A stretch of DNA of 64,000 nt from Protoeuglena noctilucae (Eukaryota). The position numbers and the translations under genes are program-made. How positions within the stretch are numbered: the first letter of the stretch is position 1; every line of letters starts with the position of its first letter. The notes beneath the pieces were generated by a model. The model did not search any database, was not told the origin of the DNA, and was given only the letters and a program-made list of their open reading frames with translations. The stretch is taken from assembly GCA_958009085.1 (NCBI GenBank), contig OY253669.1, positions 930,001-994,000 of the forward strand, read 5' to 3'. Of the stretch, positions 48,424-62,200 are shown piece after piece.

Positions 48424-51400
48424 ATGCGTCCCTGGCCGCAGGAGATGGTCGGCGAAGTCCCTCGGAAGCGAGACCCGCGCTCGCCGAGCCTGCGGGAACC
48501 GGACCGGGACCTGGCGGTTGGGCAAAACAATACCCCTCGTTTTCGCCAAGCAGCCACCAGCAATGGCCCGGAGAAACAGGCCGGCGCTCGGGCGCAGGGG
48601 GAACGGCATCTGACCGGTGTCATGGGACCGACGCTCCAGACTCCGAGGACTGCCCGGCCCCGCAGCAAGGACCAGAAGCTCCTGCGCGGCGCGCTCCTGG
48701 GTCTCAGCGTGCCCAGCGTCGTGGAGATGGCGCAGGAGGTGCTGCGGCAGACGTCAGGCGACGTCAGCAGCCGGTCGCGATCGTCGATGGTCGTGGTCAT
48801 CTCCGCTGATTCCGAAGAGGAGGACGGCATGGACTCGGGCGCAGACATGGAGGGTGGGGACGACGTGCGCAGGTGCGCGGATGGGATGGACTGTTTGCGA
48901 TCTGCACATCGCTCAGCCTTGTAGGCGCGACGCCAGCCAGCCCATGCCCCTTTCCGCAGCGCTGTGGGGGACAACGACGGCGCGACGACCAGCGAGTCAG
49001 GGTCGCACGTCAGGTTTGGGAACCACGTGTACAGTCCCGGCGACACGGCCGGGAGTGCCGTGGGCCCGAGCTCCACGGCTGCCGCTGCAGCACGTGCCGG
49101 GCGTGGCCGGGGTTCGTACTCTCTTCGCGACATGCTCGAGGACGCGTTGGGTGCCTTGAGCATGGAGGATGACGCTTTGGACCAAGGAGGAGAGGTCGGG
49201 GAGGCGGAGAGGGGGTCGTTGCGTGGGGGCGATGAACGGGATGGCTGGGGCGTCACTGGCAGTGCGGGTGCCCTTGAGGGAGGGGGCCCGGGGATTGTGT
49301 CAGGGGCCGGCGTGGGAGCGGCCGAGGGGAGCCGAGGCGGCACGGCGAGTGGGGCGAGCCCGACGGGCACGCGGGCCATCGGCAGGAGCTCGACTGGGGT
49401 CCGGGGCGACGGTGCTGCGGCAGCGGACTTCCGGCGGAGCTCATCGGCGGTGGGCCACTTCGCGTCGCCCGGGCGCGCCGACAGCGGCCGCGCCATGTCG
49501 GTGTCGCGCGTGTCGCCCGCGTCCGGCGCGGCTGCGGCACACGCGTTTGAGGCGGGCGACGTGGAGCGAGGGAGCATGTCCGACGCGAGTGGGTCCGAGG
49601 GGACATCGGGGGAGGACGCACCGCCGCCCGAGTCTCTCCCGACGTCGCCGTCCGACTCCGAAGAGTCGACGAGGTTTGCCGGGTGGGCGTCGCCCTTCCG
49701 CACGGCCAGCGCCACTCGGTCGCTGTCGACCCAGAGCCCCCAGCACCGCTCCGGCGTGGCAGCGCCGGCCTGTGCGGTGTCGAGCGGGACGCCCCGAGCG
49801 AGCAGGGCGCCCAGCCACACGCCCCCGTCCGCCTCGGCCTCGCACACCCATCGGTCCTTCTCTGTGGCCAAGACGGCGAGCATCCAGGGAAGCCCACGGT
49901 CGCCGCCGCTGGCCCAGGCGAGCCCCAACGGCCTCACGAGGGCCAGGAGCACGGCGGGTGGGACACTGGGGAGCGCCCCGTCCGCAAGTCGCAGCCAGTC
50001 CCAAGCGGCGAAGAAGAGTCACGTGGCGGCTCAGAGGGGCTCCCCCAGCCGCGAGAGCACGGGAACGCCCGCGAGCCAGCACGGCGCGCAGCCGGACGGG
50101 CCGGGAGCTGCGGCGGCGTCTCCGGCGTCGGACGGCGCAGGCGCCAGGGACCTGCAAAGGCAGCGCTCTGCGGCGGGCGCTGCGAGGGAGGCGGAGGCAG
50201 GCACGAGTGCGGCGGAGACCAGCGACTCCCCGTACGCCAGGATCACGAGCCAGAGGGGCAGCGGTGTCGTGGCCTTGCTCGAGGTGAGCGCTTGCTTCCA
50301 GCACCTGGATGTCAGTCAGCCACTGTCTGTCCATGTTAAGTATGAACACTGCCAGATATGTCGCGGCGCGCAGGAGCTGGAGCGGGACCAGCCAGTCCCA
50401 GTGGAGGCGTCGCACGCCTCTGTGTCACCCAGAACGTCGCCGAGTCCAGGCAAGCGCACCCCTGGCAAGAACGCGAGCCCAGCGGAGACGAACGCCGTGG
50501 TTGGGACCGCGAGAGCTCCGGAGGACGTCCCCCGGTCGCCTGGCGGGGCGGGAGTGTCGTTCAGGCCTCCTGAAACGACCCCGGCTGGGCCAGGGGAGGG
50601 GCCTTCATCGAGGGGTGTAGCAGAGGGGGTGCCAGCGACCGCGTCGCCGGCCGGGCGCGTGCTGCTGCCCTGGCCGCCCCTCGCCCCGGCGCAGAGCCCG
50701 GCGACGCGGGAGCTGACGGCGCTGTACGCGCGCTTCCGGGTGGGCGAGTGCCTGCGCGCCTGGTGCCACCTGGCGCAGCAGGGGTCGGGGAGACGGGCGC
50801 TGTCCTCTGCGGCGAAGGAGATCCAGCGCATGCACAGCCAAGTGCGGCGGCTGCTGCAAGCCGATGCGCCGTCCGCTCGTCTCCACACCGGCGACCCGAC
50901 TCAGGGTGCCACCCATGGGGACGCCTATGACATGGGGCGCATTGGGGCATTCACGCTGGGGGTGGGCAGCCGGGGGTGGCCGGGGAAAGGGTGAGTGGCC
51001 TGGGCTTCGCAGTGATGCGAAATCGAGGGGCGCGTCCAGCAAGCACCTGCGCCTGCTGGCATGAACATCCCACCGCATGCAGCGTGTGTATGGACTCACG
51101 CATCTGTTGCTGTCGCGCAGGGTAACGGTGGCGCCCGTGCCTGCCACACGGCCGCTCCGGGCACCGCGGAGGCTCAGCGTGGCGGCGACGCGGGCGACGG
51201 AGCGACTGGCGGTGCCCGCCCCGCCGCGGCCGGACTTGGAGCACGCGCGCGCCGAGGAGTTGCGACGGATCCGTGCCGCCACCACCTCCCGTCTCCGCGC
51301 ATCGTCCGCGTCTGCTGTGCGCGTCGTCTCGGGCATCCACGTCGCCGTGCCGCACGCCCACGCCAACTTCCGCACGGGCCTCTTCGCCAACCCCACGCGC

Positions 51401-51664
51401 CCGCCCCGGGTCACAAGGCGGGTCGGGTGGGGCGGAATCCGGGCTCCCGGGGTCGTGAAGGGCAGGGCCAGCGCGGCAGGGTTGGTCAAGAAGAGCGCCA
51501 CGGCAAGCGGCGCTGCTGCGGGCGCCGGCAAGCCACCGATGCCACCAGCAGCGAATGGGGCGCAGGCAGACATGGCTCAGTCGGTGCAGCGGATTGCGGA
51601 GAGCCTGCCGCTCTTGGGGCGTCTCCTGGGGGGCAGCCTCAGGGCTGGTTATGGACGTGCGTAG
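48424..51664 (+). CDS. Large Ser/Ala/Gly-rich low-complexity hypothetical protein, multi-exon (boundaries approximate)
   Basis: Long + strand ORFs (48358-48924, 48964-50994, 51077-51664) with plausible GT-AG sites; no recognisable domain. Confidence 0.55.
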
Positions 51665-51858
51665 TGATTGGGAGCTCTTAGTTCATCTCGTGAGGCAACG
51701 GCACCCTGTTGCCTCGTAGTTTTCTCAATCTTTTGTGAAACTTGTGACTGTCACCGACGGTCTAGCTCTACAGTGTGTGCGTGAAGCTGGAAGAGTGGGG
51801 GAGCTAGAACTGGCGTGCGTAGGAAAATGGCGAGGGCAATCCATCGTTAAGGGGTCGA

Positions 51859-54800
51859 TTACTTGAAGAGCTTCTTCCTCCCGGGCCTGCGCGCGGTCGA
51901 GAGTCGTGACTCGGATGTCGCGTCTTCCTCCACGCTGACCTGCAGCAACGCCGATGCAGCTGCGCCCACGCCGCCACTCACTGCCTGCCGTACTGGTTCT
52001 TGCGGTACGACTCCAGGGCCGCCTGGATCCCCATCAGCGCCGTGCTGTGCCGCTGGGCGCTCTCCACGTGACGCTGCGGTTTTGAGGAAACACGTCGTGC
52101 TGTGCCTCCGGGAGCCAGCAACCGTCCCACACATGCACGCAACTGATACAAAACCAGTGCAGGGCTTCTCTGAGACTCAAACTTGCATAGAACCCCTGCA
52201 TTGTCAAAACCCCATTTGTCACCACAAGGTGGGTCACCTTGGCGTGCTCCTTCCCAAACCAGGTGCGCAGGTCGCCGTAGGACACCTTGCCGCGCCCGCC
52301 CGCGTCGATCTTCCGGAACAGCACCCGGACCAGCTTGGGCTCGACCTCGGGCTGCGACTTGATCATGTCGTCCAGCGTAATGAAGGCCTGGTTGCTGTCC
52401 TGCCGCCAGAGGTTCCAAAGCACGCGCAGAAGCATCTCCTGTTCCTCCGTGAGCGGGGGTGGTGGGGGCACCTGAATGGGTGAGGAACGCAGCGAGCGGG
52501 GTCAGATTCCCGTGGTTGGAGAGTGTTGGGAGTGGGTGTGCACCGGTGGCGTTTTCAGCAATAGCCTCGTCTCACGGCCTTCCCCGCAAACACCCCGCAG
52601 CATCCCAGACAATGCCCTCACCCTGGGGTAGGCGTACTCGACAATCTCGTCGATGTCACGTTCGGTGATGTGCGGTGACTTCATGAGCCCTCCCGTGAAG
52701 AAGACCTTGACCATGTCGCGGAAGTGGATATGCTGCCGGCGACCCAGGCCCGACTTGACCAAAAGCCTCCCGAGCCCGATGCCCACGCCCTCCGTGTGCC
52801 CGTCGCCCGCCTCCGCATCTCCCCCCGCTGCGAACTCCTCAGTGAGCCCCGACTCCAGGAACAGCTCCAGCTCCGCACGCGTGACCGTCTGGTCCCGGTC
52901 CAGGTCGATGCTCTCCCAGATGCGCTTCACGGTGTCGACCTGCTTTTTGCTCCACCGCAGTGCGTGGCGGCGGCGGCCGTACCGGATCACATCCATGTCT
53001 GCGAAAAAGAAAGGGGGCAAAACGGCTGTCATGCGGCGGGGGTGACTGGAAGCAGAGGGAAGGGACGGAGCAGCTACGGCTGTCGTGGATGCCAGCAGGG
53101 CGGGCGGACGTCGGGCTTGCAACCATTGAATGTTGCGAGCGAAAATTGGACACAGCACAGGAAAGCTGCAGCCGGCAGCACAGGTTTTCACTAACAGTGA
53201 GAACCAAACCAACAGCAGCCCTCACCGACAGGTCGCAGGGTTGTGTCGGGCGTCATGCCGCTCTGGGCCCTCGTCAGCGTTCCCGGGGCCCGGTGCTTGC
53301 TTTGCGATCGGACGACCTGTAGTGCACACAAGAATCGGCACGTGCTTTGCCAGAGCACGGGCCAGCCACCCCGCACGCTGCGTTGGTAGCACAGTATCTC
53401 CGCCACACCCATGCTGTGGGTCATCGCACATCCCACCACCCTCGCCTCATGAATCATCTTGATGTAGTCGTCCTCTCCAGCCTCGCCGGAGTCAGGGCGG
53501 CTCGCGGGCGCCTCGTCCCCGGGGGTCCCAGGCGCCGCCACTGCCTTGGCAGCCGCCTTGGGGTCCGGGCTCGCGAGCCGCTCAAAGGGCACCATCAGGC
53601 GGAGACTCTGGTCACCCTGCGCTCCCTCCGGGTGGAGCGGCGTGCCCTCCGGCACCGGCACGAGCCAGCTCAGCCGACGGAGCAGGGACTCCCGGGGGGT
53701 GTGGTGGCCCGGTCGGTCCAAGTGCCTCGCCCCGGCCGCGTCGCCCTCTTGCTTCGGCGTGGCCGTCAACGAGGGCTGGCTGGGCGCCGAGCGCAGGCCC
53801 AGGATGGCGCGCTTGACCTGGGGGGAGGGCGTGGAGCGGGTTGTGATCTGCTGAATGTTGCGGAGGCAGCTGTGGCTGTGACTGCACACACAGGCGTACC
53901 TGGCTCACGCTCGGCTTGCCCTCGATGTGAGGGGTGTCGAGGCCGACCATGTGCAGCACGCGGAGGGCGAGGGCGGCGGGGGAGAGCTTGGAGACGTCGC
54001 CGTAGCCCTCCCACCTGCAAGGGACCCACATCAAATCTCCATCCCCCACCACGCATCGCACCCAGCGGCCCTTAGATGTTGAGCAACACAGTGCCTCACC
54101 ATCCGACCCCGGGTTCCCTCTTCATGTAGGAGTCGTACACGTCCGTGACGCTCAGCTGCTCTGCCTCGTCCTCCTCTCCCTCCTCGCCAAGGAGACGGTC
54201 TAGCTCTGCCAAGGCACGGCCCCTCTGCGGTGACGGAGACGCAAAGCCATCTCTAACCATACTGGCCTCACCAGACACGGGGATTCGAGCACATTCACAC
54301 TGCAACCGCTATGGTCAACACGCCATGGCTTGCCCCGTAGGTGGGCGGGGCAGTCTGGCAGACCCACAGCCTTGTCCAGACACACCTCGACGTTCCCGCC
54401 GGCCTTGCGCGCCCGCCGTGCCTCTTCCGCCTTGGTTGCCCTCGCCAGGTGATCCATCTGAACCTTCGCGTGCTCCAGCCGAGCCAGGAGGCCATCGCGC
54501 CCTCCAGGCACCGCATCCTTGGCCATGCCGGCCATCGCCCGCTTGCGCCGGGTCATGACCTGGGTCTGGAACGACAGGGGACGGGGAGCATGTGAGTGCA
54601 ACCAGTCAGGGTGATAAAGCGGCTGCATTGCCACAAGTTGTGACGGGAGAAACCACCTCCTACGCGGCTCGTGCTTAGTGAAGGTGCATCGCAGCCAGCC
54701 ATGGGACGTGCCGGCAGCAGGGATCCCTCGATGCTCACCGGCGACGACACGCGGGCCCCGCCTTCCGCGTTCTTGCCCTCCGCGATGAGCTGCACCTTGT

Positions 54801-55816
54801 GATGCGACTCGGTCCGCCACTCCAGCACCACCGCGGGGTCCGCCTGCTTCGGCAGGGGCTCCTCTGCGGACGCGGAGCGGTCGCACGGGTCCCATGGCGC
54901 AGCATTGGGCGCCCCTTCCGTCGGGGCGCATTGTGAGCAGTATGGCCCAGTGACGGGGCAGAGCTTCGGCGCTACCCCCCACAGACCTGGGGGGCTCTTA
55001 TCCAGGGAAACCGGGGGAGGCTTCAGGCGCATGACGGTCCCCCGGAACTGCATCTCCCGCTCAATGCCCTGGGCCTTGTCCTCCACGCGCGCCGCGAACC
55101 GCTGCGAGCGTCCGTGCGCATTGCTGGGTCTTTTCAAGCGTCCTGCAGCTGCACCGCAGAGATTAGGCCACGCACAGCGCGGCGCAGCGCTCACCCGGCC
55201 GAGCAGGGAAGGGAGCTTCCGTGCCGCGGCAAATTCGTTGTCGCTTGATTCGATCAAAGAGTGGAACTTGGACGCCTTGCTGTCCACCAAGCCCTGACTC
55301 AAGCTCTGCATCCTCCGCTGCTCCTCCCTCCACTCGCTCTGCAAGAGGGGCCGGTGGGCCGTCAGCCAATGTGCACTCCAGCACCAGCACTGCAGCTGCT
55401 GCGCGAGAGGGGCCTCACCGCAGATGCCGAGGGATGCACGCGCATGTCCCCCTTCCTGGCATATTCCGACATGTCTTGGGGCGGCCACAAATGCACTGGG
55501 GGAAGCTGGGCTGGCGCAAGGCGCGCCCGCCGCCGCGGCTTGGAGGCGAGCTCCGAGCTGCTCTCTGCTCTCACCCCGGGAGGCCTCACGGCACCTGCGG
55601 CGACAATATGTGCCATCCGTGGCGCCAGATGCGCGGCACATGGCCACTGTCGTGCGCATCGAGGCAAATACCTGTGGCGAGGACCCCGTTGGGCCGGAAC
55701 AGCAGCTTGGCCGGGCTCGATCCCCGCTTGAACAGGTCCGAGATTTCCTCGCGCGACAGCTTCCTCGGCGGCGCGTCATGCCGCCCCGAGGAGGAGGCGG
55801 AAGAGGAGGGCGGCAT
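51859..55816 (-). CDS. Multi-exon protein with C-terminal EF-hands (may be more than one gene)
   Basis: EF-hand loops IDLDRDQTVTRAEL and IDAGGRGKVSYGDL; a chain of upstream minus-strand exon-like segments with GT/AG ends back to MPPSSS at 55816. Confidence 0.65.
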
Positions 55817-56363
55817 GCGAGGCCGCCCATGGCCTGCGCGACGCCCGCCGCCAGTCCCCACCGACGCCCAGCTTCAGAACCAGACTTGATTAGCAGGTGG
55901 CTCGAGTCTTAGGAGATTTGCGGCCCACGGAGCGTCCGTAGGGCGCCCGTCACCTAGGATATTGCGTTGGCAGCCCTACTTATGGCTCCTGCCGTCAATG
56001 TCTTGCGTTCCTCGGCACATGCATGCAGCGTCAGGGTGCGGCATCTGCCCAGATGGCTCAACAAAAGTTGCGGACCAAGCGTGTCGGCGCAGGCCGTGTC
56101 TGCGCAGGTCTGCCATGTGAAGCCGATTTCCGCCGTGTTCAGGATCGCTGACCCATCAACCAGGTTATCACGAGCAAAGAAATGGCGAATTTGCTGAGAA
56201 CGTCGTAGAATAAGAGCGTTTTAAGACTTTAGCTGTTGCAGGGCACCATACTGTTATCCTCTCGCGGCCACGCGCATCGGAAACAAGACTATTGTTGTCA
56301 TCTGGCGAAGGGTGCGGTTTCCCGCGGCCTGGTCAGGCCCGGGGCGCAGCGGCGGGCAGGAAG

Positions 56364-58887
56364 ATGCCTGCACCCATTGCAGCCGACTACACGGTCGAGG
56401 AGCTCACGAAGAAGCTATATGACGCTGCATGTGCGGGAGATATATCGGCAACGAAGGCCCTGCTTAACAGGCATGTCTCCTAGGCGGCGGGATGTTCAGA
56501 TGCAAACGCGCAAAGGCATGTGTGAGGGGCGAGGCTGGTACGGAGAGCTTCTCCGGGGCGTTCGAAGCAGCCTCGCCCCTTACACAGAGGCATGCGACAA
56601 GCACGAACGGTAACCGTCACCTTTCCCACCGCAGGGACAAGAAGAACAAGCCGAATGTGAATGCCGGTCATGGGTTCCGCCATCTCACGCCCCTGCACGC
56701 TGCGTGCGCCAACTCGCACGAGCTGGTCGCGGCCTCTCTGGTGGATGCCAAGGCTGAAATCAACGCCCTGGACGCGAGCAACATGACGCCGCTGCACTAC
56801 GCCGTGGCTGCTGGCAGCATCCGCACGGTGGAGATGCTGCTCAGTCGCGGGGCGGACGTGGGCGCCGTGGACAAGTTCATGCGCACGCCGCTGCTTACGG
56901 CCATTGAGATGGCGCACGGGCACGAGGGCCGGTGAGGCTCACGGTCAGTGGGATGCTGCTGTCTGCAGTATCAGTCACTGCATGGGGTGGCTGACGTACC
57001 CATCGCTTCACTGCGCATCCAGGGCGGCCCAGATTTGCATGGCCTTGGCAGGGAAGGGCGCGATCCTCAACCCCAAGCCTCCCACGGCGGCGCCCCTCTC
57101 GCACGCCATCGTCCACTCTCGGGACGGCATGCTGGTGCAGAAGCTCTGGTGACGCGCGTGCCTGCGGCAAGCGGGGCAGGCAGGCAATGCGCGCCCGCAG
57201 CTGACGCGGGTTGGCCCTGTCGCACCCGCAGCGACCTTGGAGCGGACCCCAGCGCGGCTGACCTGGCGGGGACGACACCCGTGTACAATGCGCTTGCGAT
57301 GGGCAAGCACCGTGCGCTGCAACTCCTCTTGCGGAGCGGCGGGACGGTGCGCCTGCAGGGCCCCCATAGCGATGGGGTGGGCGCAGGGGTCACGTGCGCG
57401 CACTTGGCGGCGCTGCAAGGCGACCGCTTGGCGATTGAGATCATAGCTAAGGAGAGCAAGGAGGATAGGGTCCTCGGGGCTGCGGACGCTGACGGGCGCA
57501 CGCCGCTGCATTACGCGGCGGCGATGGGCCACACGGGGGCGGCGTCGCTGCTCCTGGGGTCGGGGCAGGTGCACGTGGACTGCATGGACGCGATGGGATG
57601 CACGCCCCTCGTGTACGCGCTTGCGGCGGGGCGTGACGGCGTCGTGGACGTGCTGCTGGCCAAGGGGGCTTCGACGCGGATCGTGGACCGATTCGGGAAC
57701 GTCGCGCTTGCTGCGGCATGCGCGTCTGGGCGACTCCCTTTGATAGAGGAAGTCCTGCATGCCACGCCGATGGCAGACATGGTCGACAAGCGCGGCCGGT
57801 CGCCCATGCACGTGGCCGCAGAGCGGGGGTTCGTGGACGTCCTGGAGGCGCTTGCAGAAAAGGTGCTCTTGCAAATGCCGTCCTGCATGCGGGACGACCC
57901 TGACCTGCAGTGCGGCAGCGTGGCATGCAGTTCAAACGCCTTTCTTGCAGGGCGCCGACCCTCTCCTGTCAGACGAGGAGGGGCGGACGCCCGCGCATGT
58001 GGCGGCGGCAGCGGGGCAGGCGGGTGCGTGCGGGCTGCTGATGGACTTGATGAACGCGAAGGGTTCGGACCCCCTGACCGTCGTTGACTGCATGGGCCGC
58101 ACGCTGCTCCACGCGGCCGTCCTGGCGAGCTGGGCGGAGGTAGCGGCGGTGCTGCTGGACGTGGGGTTCGAGACGGCAATTGGCACGATCGACCTCGACC
58201 GCATGACCCCCCTGGTACGCCTGCGCATGGTGGCCGTGGAGAGCCTGCCCTGCTCCGGTTGTCGTTGGAAAGCGCATGCTCCTTCATTCGCCCGCAGCTG
58301 TGCGCAGCCATGGCGGGGGACGCCGACTGCGTGGCCCTGCTCTTGGATTGCAAGGGCGTGGAGGTGGACCATCGGGACTTCGCAGGTCGCACAGCCTTGA
58401 TGCTGGCTGCCGCGGGGGCGCACGTGGGGTGCGTCAAGGTGCTGCTGGAGGCGGGCGCTGCGCCCGAGGCCACGGATGCCAAGGGCTGGGCCGCGCTGCA
58501 CCACGCGGCCCTCAGCGGCAGCGCGCAGTGCTGCGGCGTGCTGGTCGAGGCGGGCCGCTTTGGCGCGGATATCGCGGCGGGCAAGAGCAAGCTCACGCCG
58601 CTGCACGTCGCCGCGTCCAAGGGGCAGGTCGTCGCCGCGCTGGCTCTCATCCGTTTGGGGGCTAGCCCAGTGGCCAAAGATGCCAAGGACCGGACGCCCG
58701 TGGAGGTTGCAGCCATGGCTGGGCACAAGGTGCGTTGCTGCGGGACCCAGGCACAGGCGAACACATGATTTTGTCGCTGCCGTGTGGCACATGCGGGGTC
58801 TATTGTCGCCGCCGATGTGCGCCGCAGGCGTGTGCCAAGGCCATGGAAGACGAGGCCGCCAGCAGAAAAGGCGGTCAAGCGGCGTAA
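56364..58887 (+). CDS. Ankyrin repeat protein, multi-exon (intron 56471-56634 is GC-AG)
   Basis: Many ankyrin repeats: LTPLHAAC, MTPLHYAV, GRTPLHYAA, GRSPMHVAA, GRTALMLAA, LTPLHVAA. Confidence 0.93.
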
Positions 58888-59217
58888 ACCTTCGCCAAAT
58901 TGCTTCTTCGCGCTTGCTTATCGAACTGGCGGGTTTGACCCTGCCTTGTTGCAGCTTTGCCGGCAGATGTCGAGCGTTTCCCGGGGAGGTGCATTTGTTT
59001 GGCTAGCCGTGAGCCGCGGGCGCAGTAGGGCCCCGTTTCTGCGATCGTGAGGCCTGACCGCTTGAAAGCGCCCCCACGTCGGAAGCGCGCGGCTCTCGGG
59101 GCTTTCTTTGTTTAAAAAAGCACTTTTGCGCGTCAGGAGCACGAGCACGCGCGCATCGCGCCGCTGTGGGGATTCCGCGACCTGCCCTCCGGGCCCTCTC
59201 CCGATTCCCCGTCCACA

Positions 59218-62200
59218 ATGCACCTCAAGACTGTGGACCGCTCGGCGAAGCTGGCCTTCTGTCCGACGGGGCCGTACATGGCCTGCGGGACGCTGGCCGG
59301 GGCCGTGGTGAGCAGGCAGAGCTTGCTGTCGCGGGTTCCACCGCCCCTCGCCCTCCCTCGTCGCTCCCTGGGCCCGCTCTGCCGCTCACCGCGATGTCTC
59401 CTTCCTCTGGCGTCAACATGGCCTCGCAAGCTTATAAAGCGAGGCCCAGCCCCTGCGCTAGTCCCGGACCTCCACACCACAGCGCCCCGGGCAGATCGCC
59501 GCGCCCGGTCGGCCCTTCCGACCCCCCTTGCCCGCCTTCACGCAGGATACGGACTTCAGTAGCTCGTCGCAGCTCGAGATTTTTGGCCTCGAGCTCTCGG
59601 ACTCCTCGCGGGTGATGCCACTCTACGGGCAAGCGCTCACGGCCAAAGACCGCTTCCACGCCCTTACCTGGGGCGCCGGGGCGGACGCGGCGACCTTTCC
59701 GCGCGGGATCATCGCGGGTGGCCTTGCGGACGGCTCCATCTGCCTGTGGAACCCGGAGCGCCTCATCTCTGGGAAGGGCGAGCCCTTGGCTTGCCACCTC
59801 AAGAAGCACACGGGCCCCGTCAAGGGCTTGGACCTAAACCCCTTCCAGGCCAACCTCTTCGCGTCCGCGTCCGGGCCCGCGGAGCTCTGCATCTGGGACG
59901 TGTCCAACGCGGCCATGCCGAGCCTCTACCAGGTGCGCGATGCCGCTGGGGCCTGTGAAGGATGACGGGCGCGCTCACGCTGCCCGCGGAGCAGCGGGAC
60001 ACGCAGCTAGGGTCGTTATGGACTAGAAGCCGCGCCTGTTGCTCGCTGCCGCAGACGCCGCAGAACGAGCGGGCGGGGACTGGCGAGGTGGTGCAGTTGT
60101 CGTGGAACTACAAGGTGCAGCACATCCTGGCCACGACGGCCAGTGGGGGCCAGACGGTCGTGTGGGACCTGCGTCGCGAAAAGCCCGTCATCAGCTTCAG
60201 CGACCCCACACGCGGCCGCAACAGCGCCTTTTCGTGGCACCCATCCGTGGCCACGCAGCTCATCGTGGCCTCCGACGAGGACCGCGCCGCCGCGCTCCAG
60301 CTCTGGGATCTCCGCAACTCGTCCGGTCCCGTGCGCGAGTTCGCGGGCCACGCCAAGGGTGTCCTCTCGCTCTCCTGGAGCCTCCACGACCCCCGCCTCC
60401 TCCTCTCCTCCGCCCGCGACGCCCGCACCATCTGCTGGGACATGGACGCCGGCGTCCCCGTCACGACGCTCTCCACGGAGCCCAACTGGTCCCGGGAGGT
60501 CCTCTGGTGCCCGTCCGCCCGCGGCGTCTTCGCCACCGCCACGCTCGACGGCAAGGTCTCCCTCCACAACCTCCTGGCCTGCACGGCCCCCAAGGTCGTT
60601 CAGGAGATCGGGCCCGACTTCCAACCGGTCTCTAAGGTCGTCGGGGCCCCGCGGCCCCTGGCCGTCGCGCCGCGGTGGCTCGAGCGCCCGTGCGCCGCCA
60701 CGTTCGGCTTCGGCGGCCGCCTCGCCACCGTCTCCACCGCCGTCGGGCAGGCCCCCGCCCCGGGCGTCCCGCACCCCGCCTCCGCGGCCGTCTCGGTTCG
60801 GCAGGTCCAGGCGGGCGGTGCTGCCCAGGGCCTCGCCGCCGACCTCGGCCGCAACGTCGCGGACCGCTCCCCGGTGGCCCTGCGCCGCCTGGCCAAGGCC
60901 AGCCAGGCCGCGGACCCCTCGGGCGCCTGGAGCGTCATCCGCGCCCAGTTCGAGGTCGAGGCGCGCGTGGCGCTGCTCCGGCAGCTGGGGTTCGCCCTGC
61001 CGGGGGAGGAGGCCCCCGCGGACGGCGCCGCGCTGCACGGCGACGGCGCGGGGTTCTTCGACGAGGACCGCGCCTCCCCGGAGCCCAAGGTCGAGGACCC
61101 CGACGCGGTCATCGGGCGGCTGCTGATGCGGGGGCAGTTCGAGGAGGCGGTGGTGGAGTGCCTGCGGCGCGGGAGGGTCACGGACGCCCTGCTGGTCGCC
61201 TCCATGGGCGGCGCGGAGCTCCTCGCCGCCACGTGCGACGAGTGCGCCGACCGCTCCCGGCGCCCCTACATGCAGACGGTGCTGGCGGCCTCGGGGGCCG
61301 ACATGGGCAATGCCGTAGAGCAGGCGGACCCCGACTCGTGGCGCGAGACGCTCGCGCTGCTGTGCACCTACGCCCCGCCCGAGGCCTTCTCCGGCCTCGC
61401 CGTGCAGCTGGCCACCAAGCTGGAGGCCCTAGGCGAGGCGCGCCCCGCGGCGCTCGTCTACACGGCGGCGGGCGACGCAGAGAACGCCGTGAGGCTCTGG
61501 GCCGCCGAGGTGCCCGCGGACGCCTCTAGCGACGACCTGCGGGCGCTCGTGGAGCGGTCGGTGGCGCTGTCCGAGGCGTCCGGGGCCGGGGTGGTGCCGT
61601 CGGCGCTGGCGGCGCGCCTCTCGCGGCTGGCCCTGGACCTGGCCTCCCAGGGTCGCATGGACCTGGCCGTGCCGCTGCTGGAGCTGGCTCCTGGAGAGGA
61701 CACGGCGGCCCTCAAGGACCGCATCGACCGCTGCTGGGACCCCGACATGGCCACGGGCACGCGGCCCTTCCCTTACGCCGTGGAGGATGTCCAGGCGGTC
61801 CCTGAGGCGCCGGAAGGGCCCGTGCGGCAGGAGAGCTTCGGGGCTGGGGGGCACGGGGGGCAGGGGCAGGACGCGTATGGGTACCAGGGGCAGCAGGGTG
61901 GGTACGGTGGGCAGCAGGGTGGGTATGGTGGGCAGCAGCAGAGTGGATATGGCGGCCAACAGCAGGGTGGGTACGGTGGACAACAGCAGGGCGGTTATGG
62001 TGGGCAGCAGGGCGCTTTTGGCGGGCAACAGGGCGGCTACGGTGGGCAGCAGGGTGGTTACGGCGGGCAACAGCAGAGTGGTTACGGCGGGCAGCAGGGC
62101 GGGTATCAGGATGGGGGTTACCAGCAGACGCAGGGCAGTCCGGCGGTCAATGGCGGCTACGGCGCTACGCAGCCCGCGTCTCAGGTGGGACTTGCTTGAT

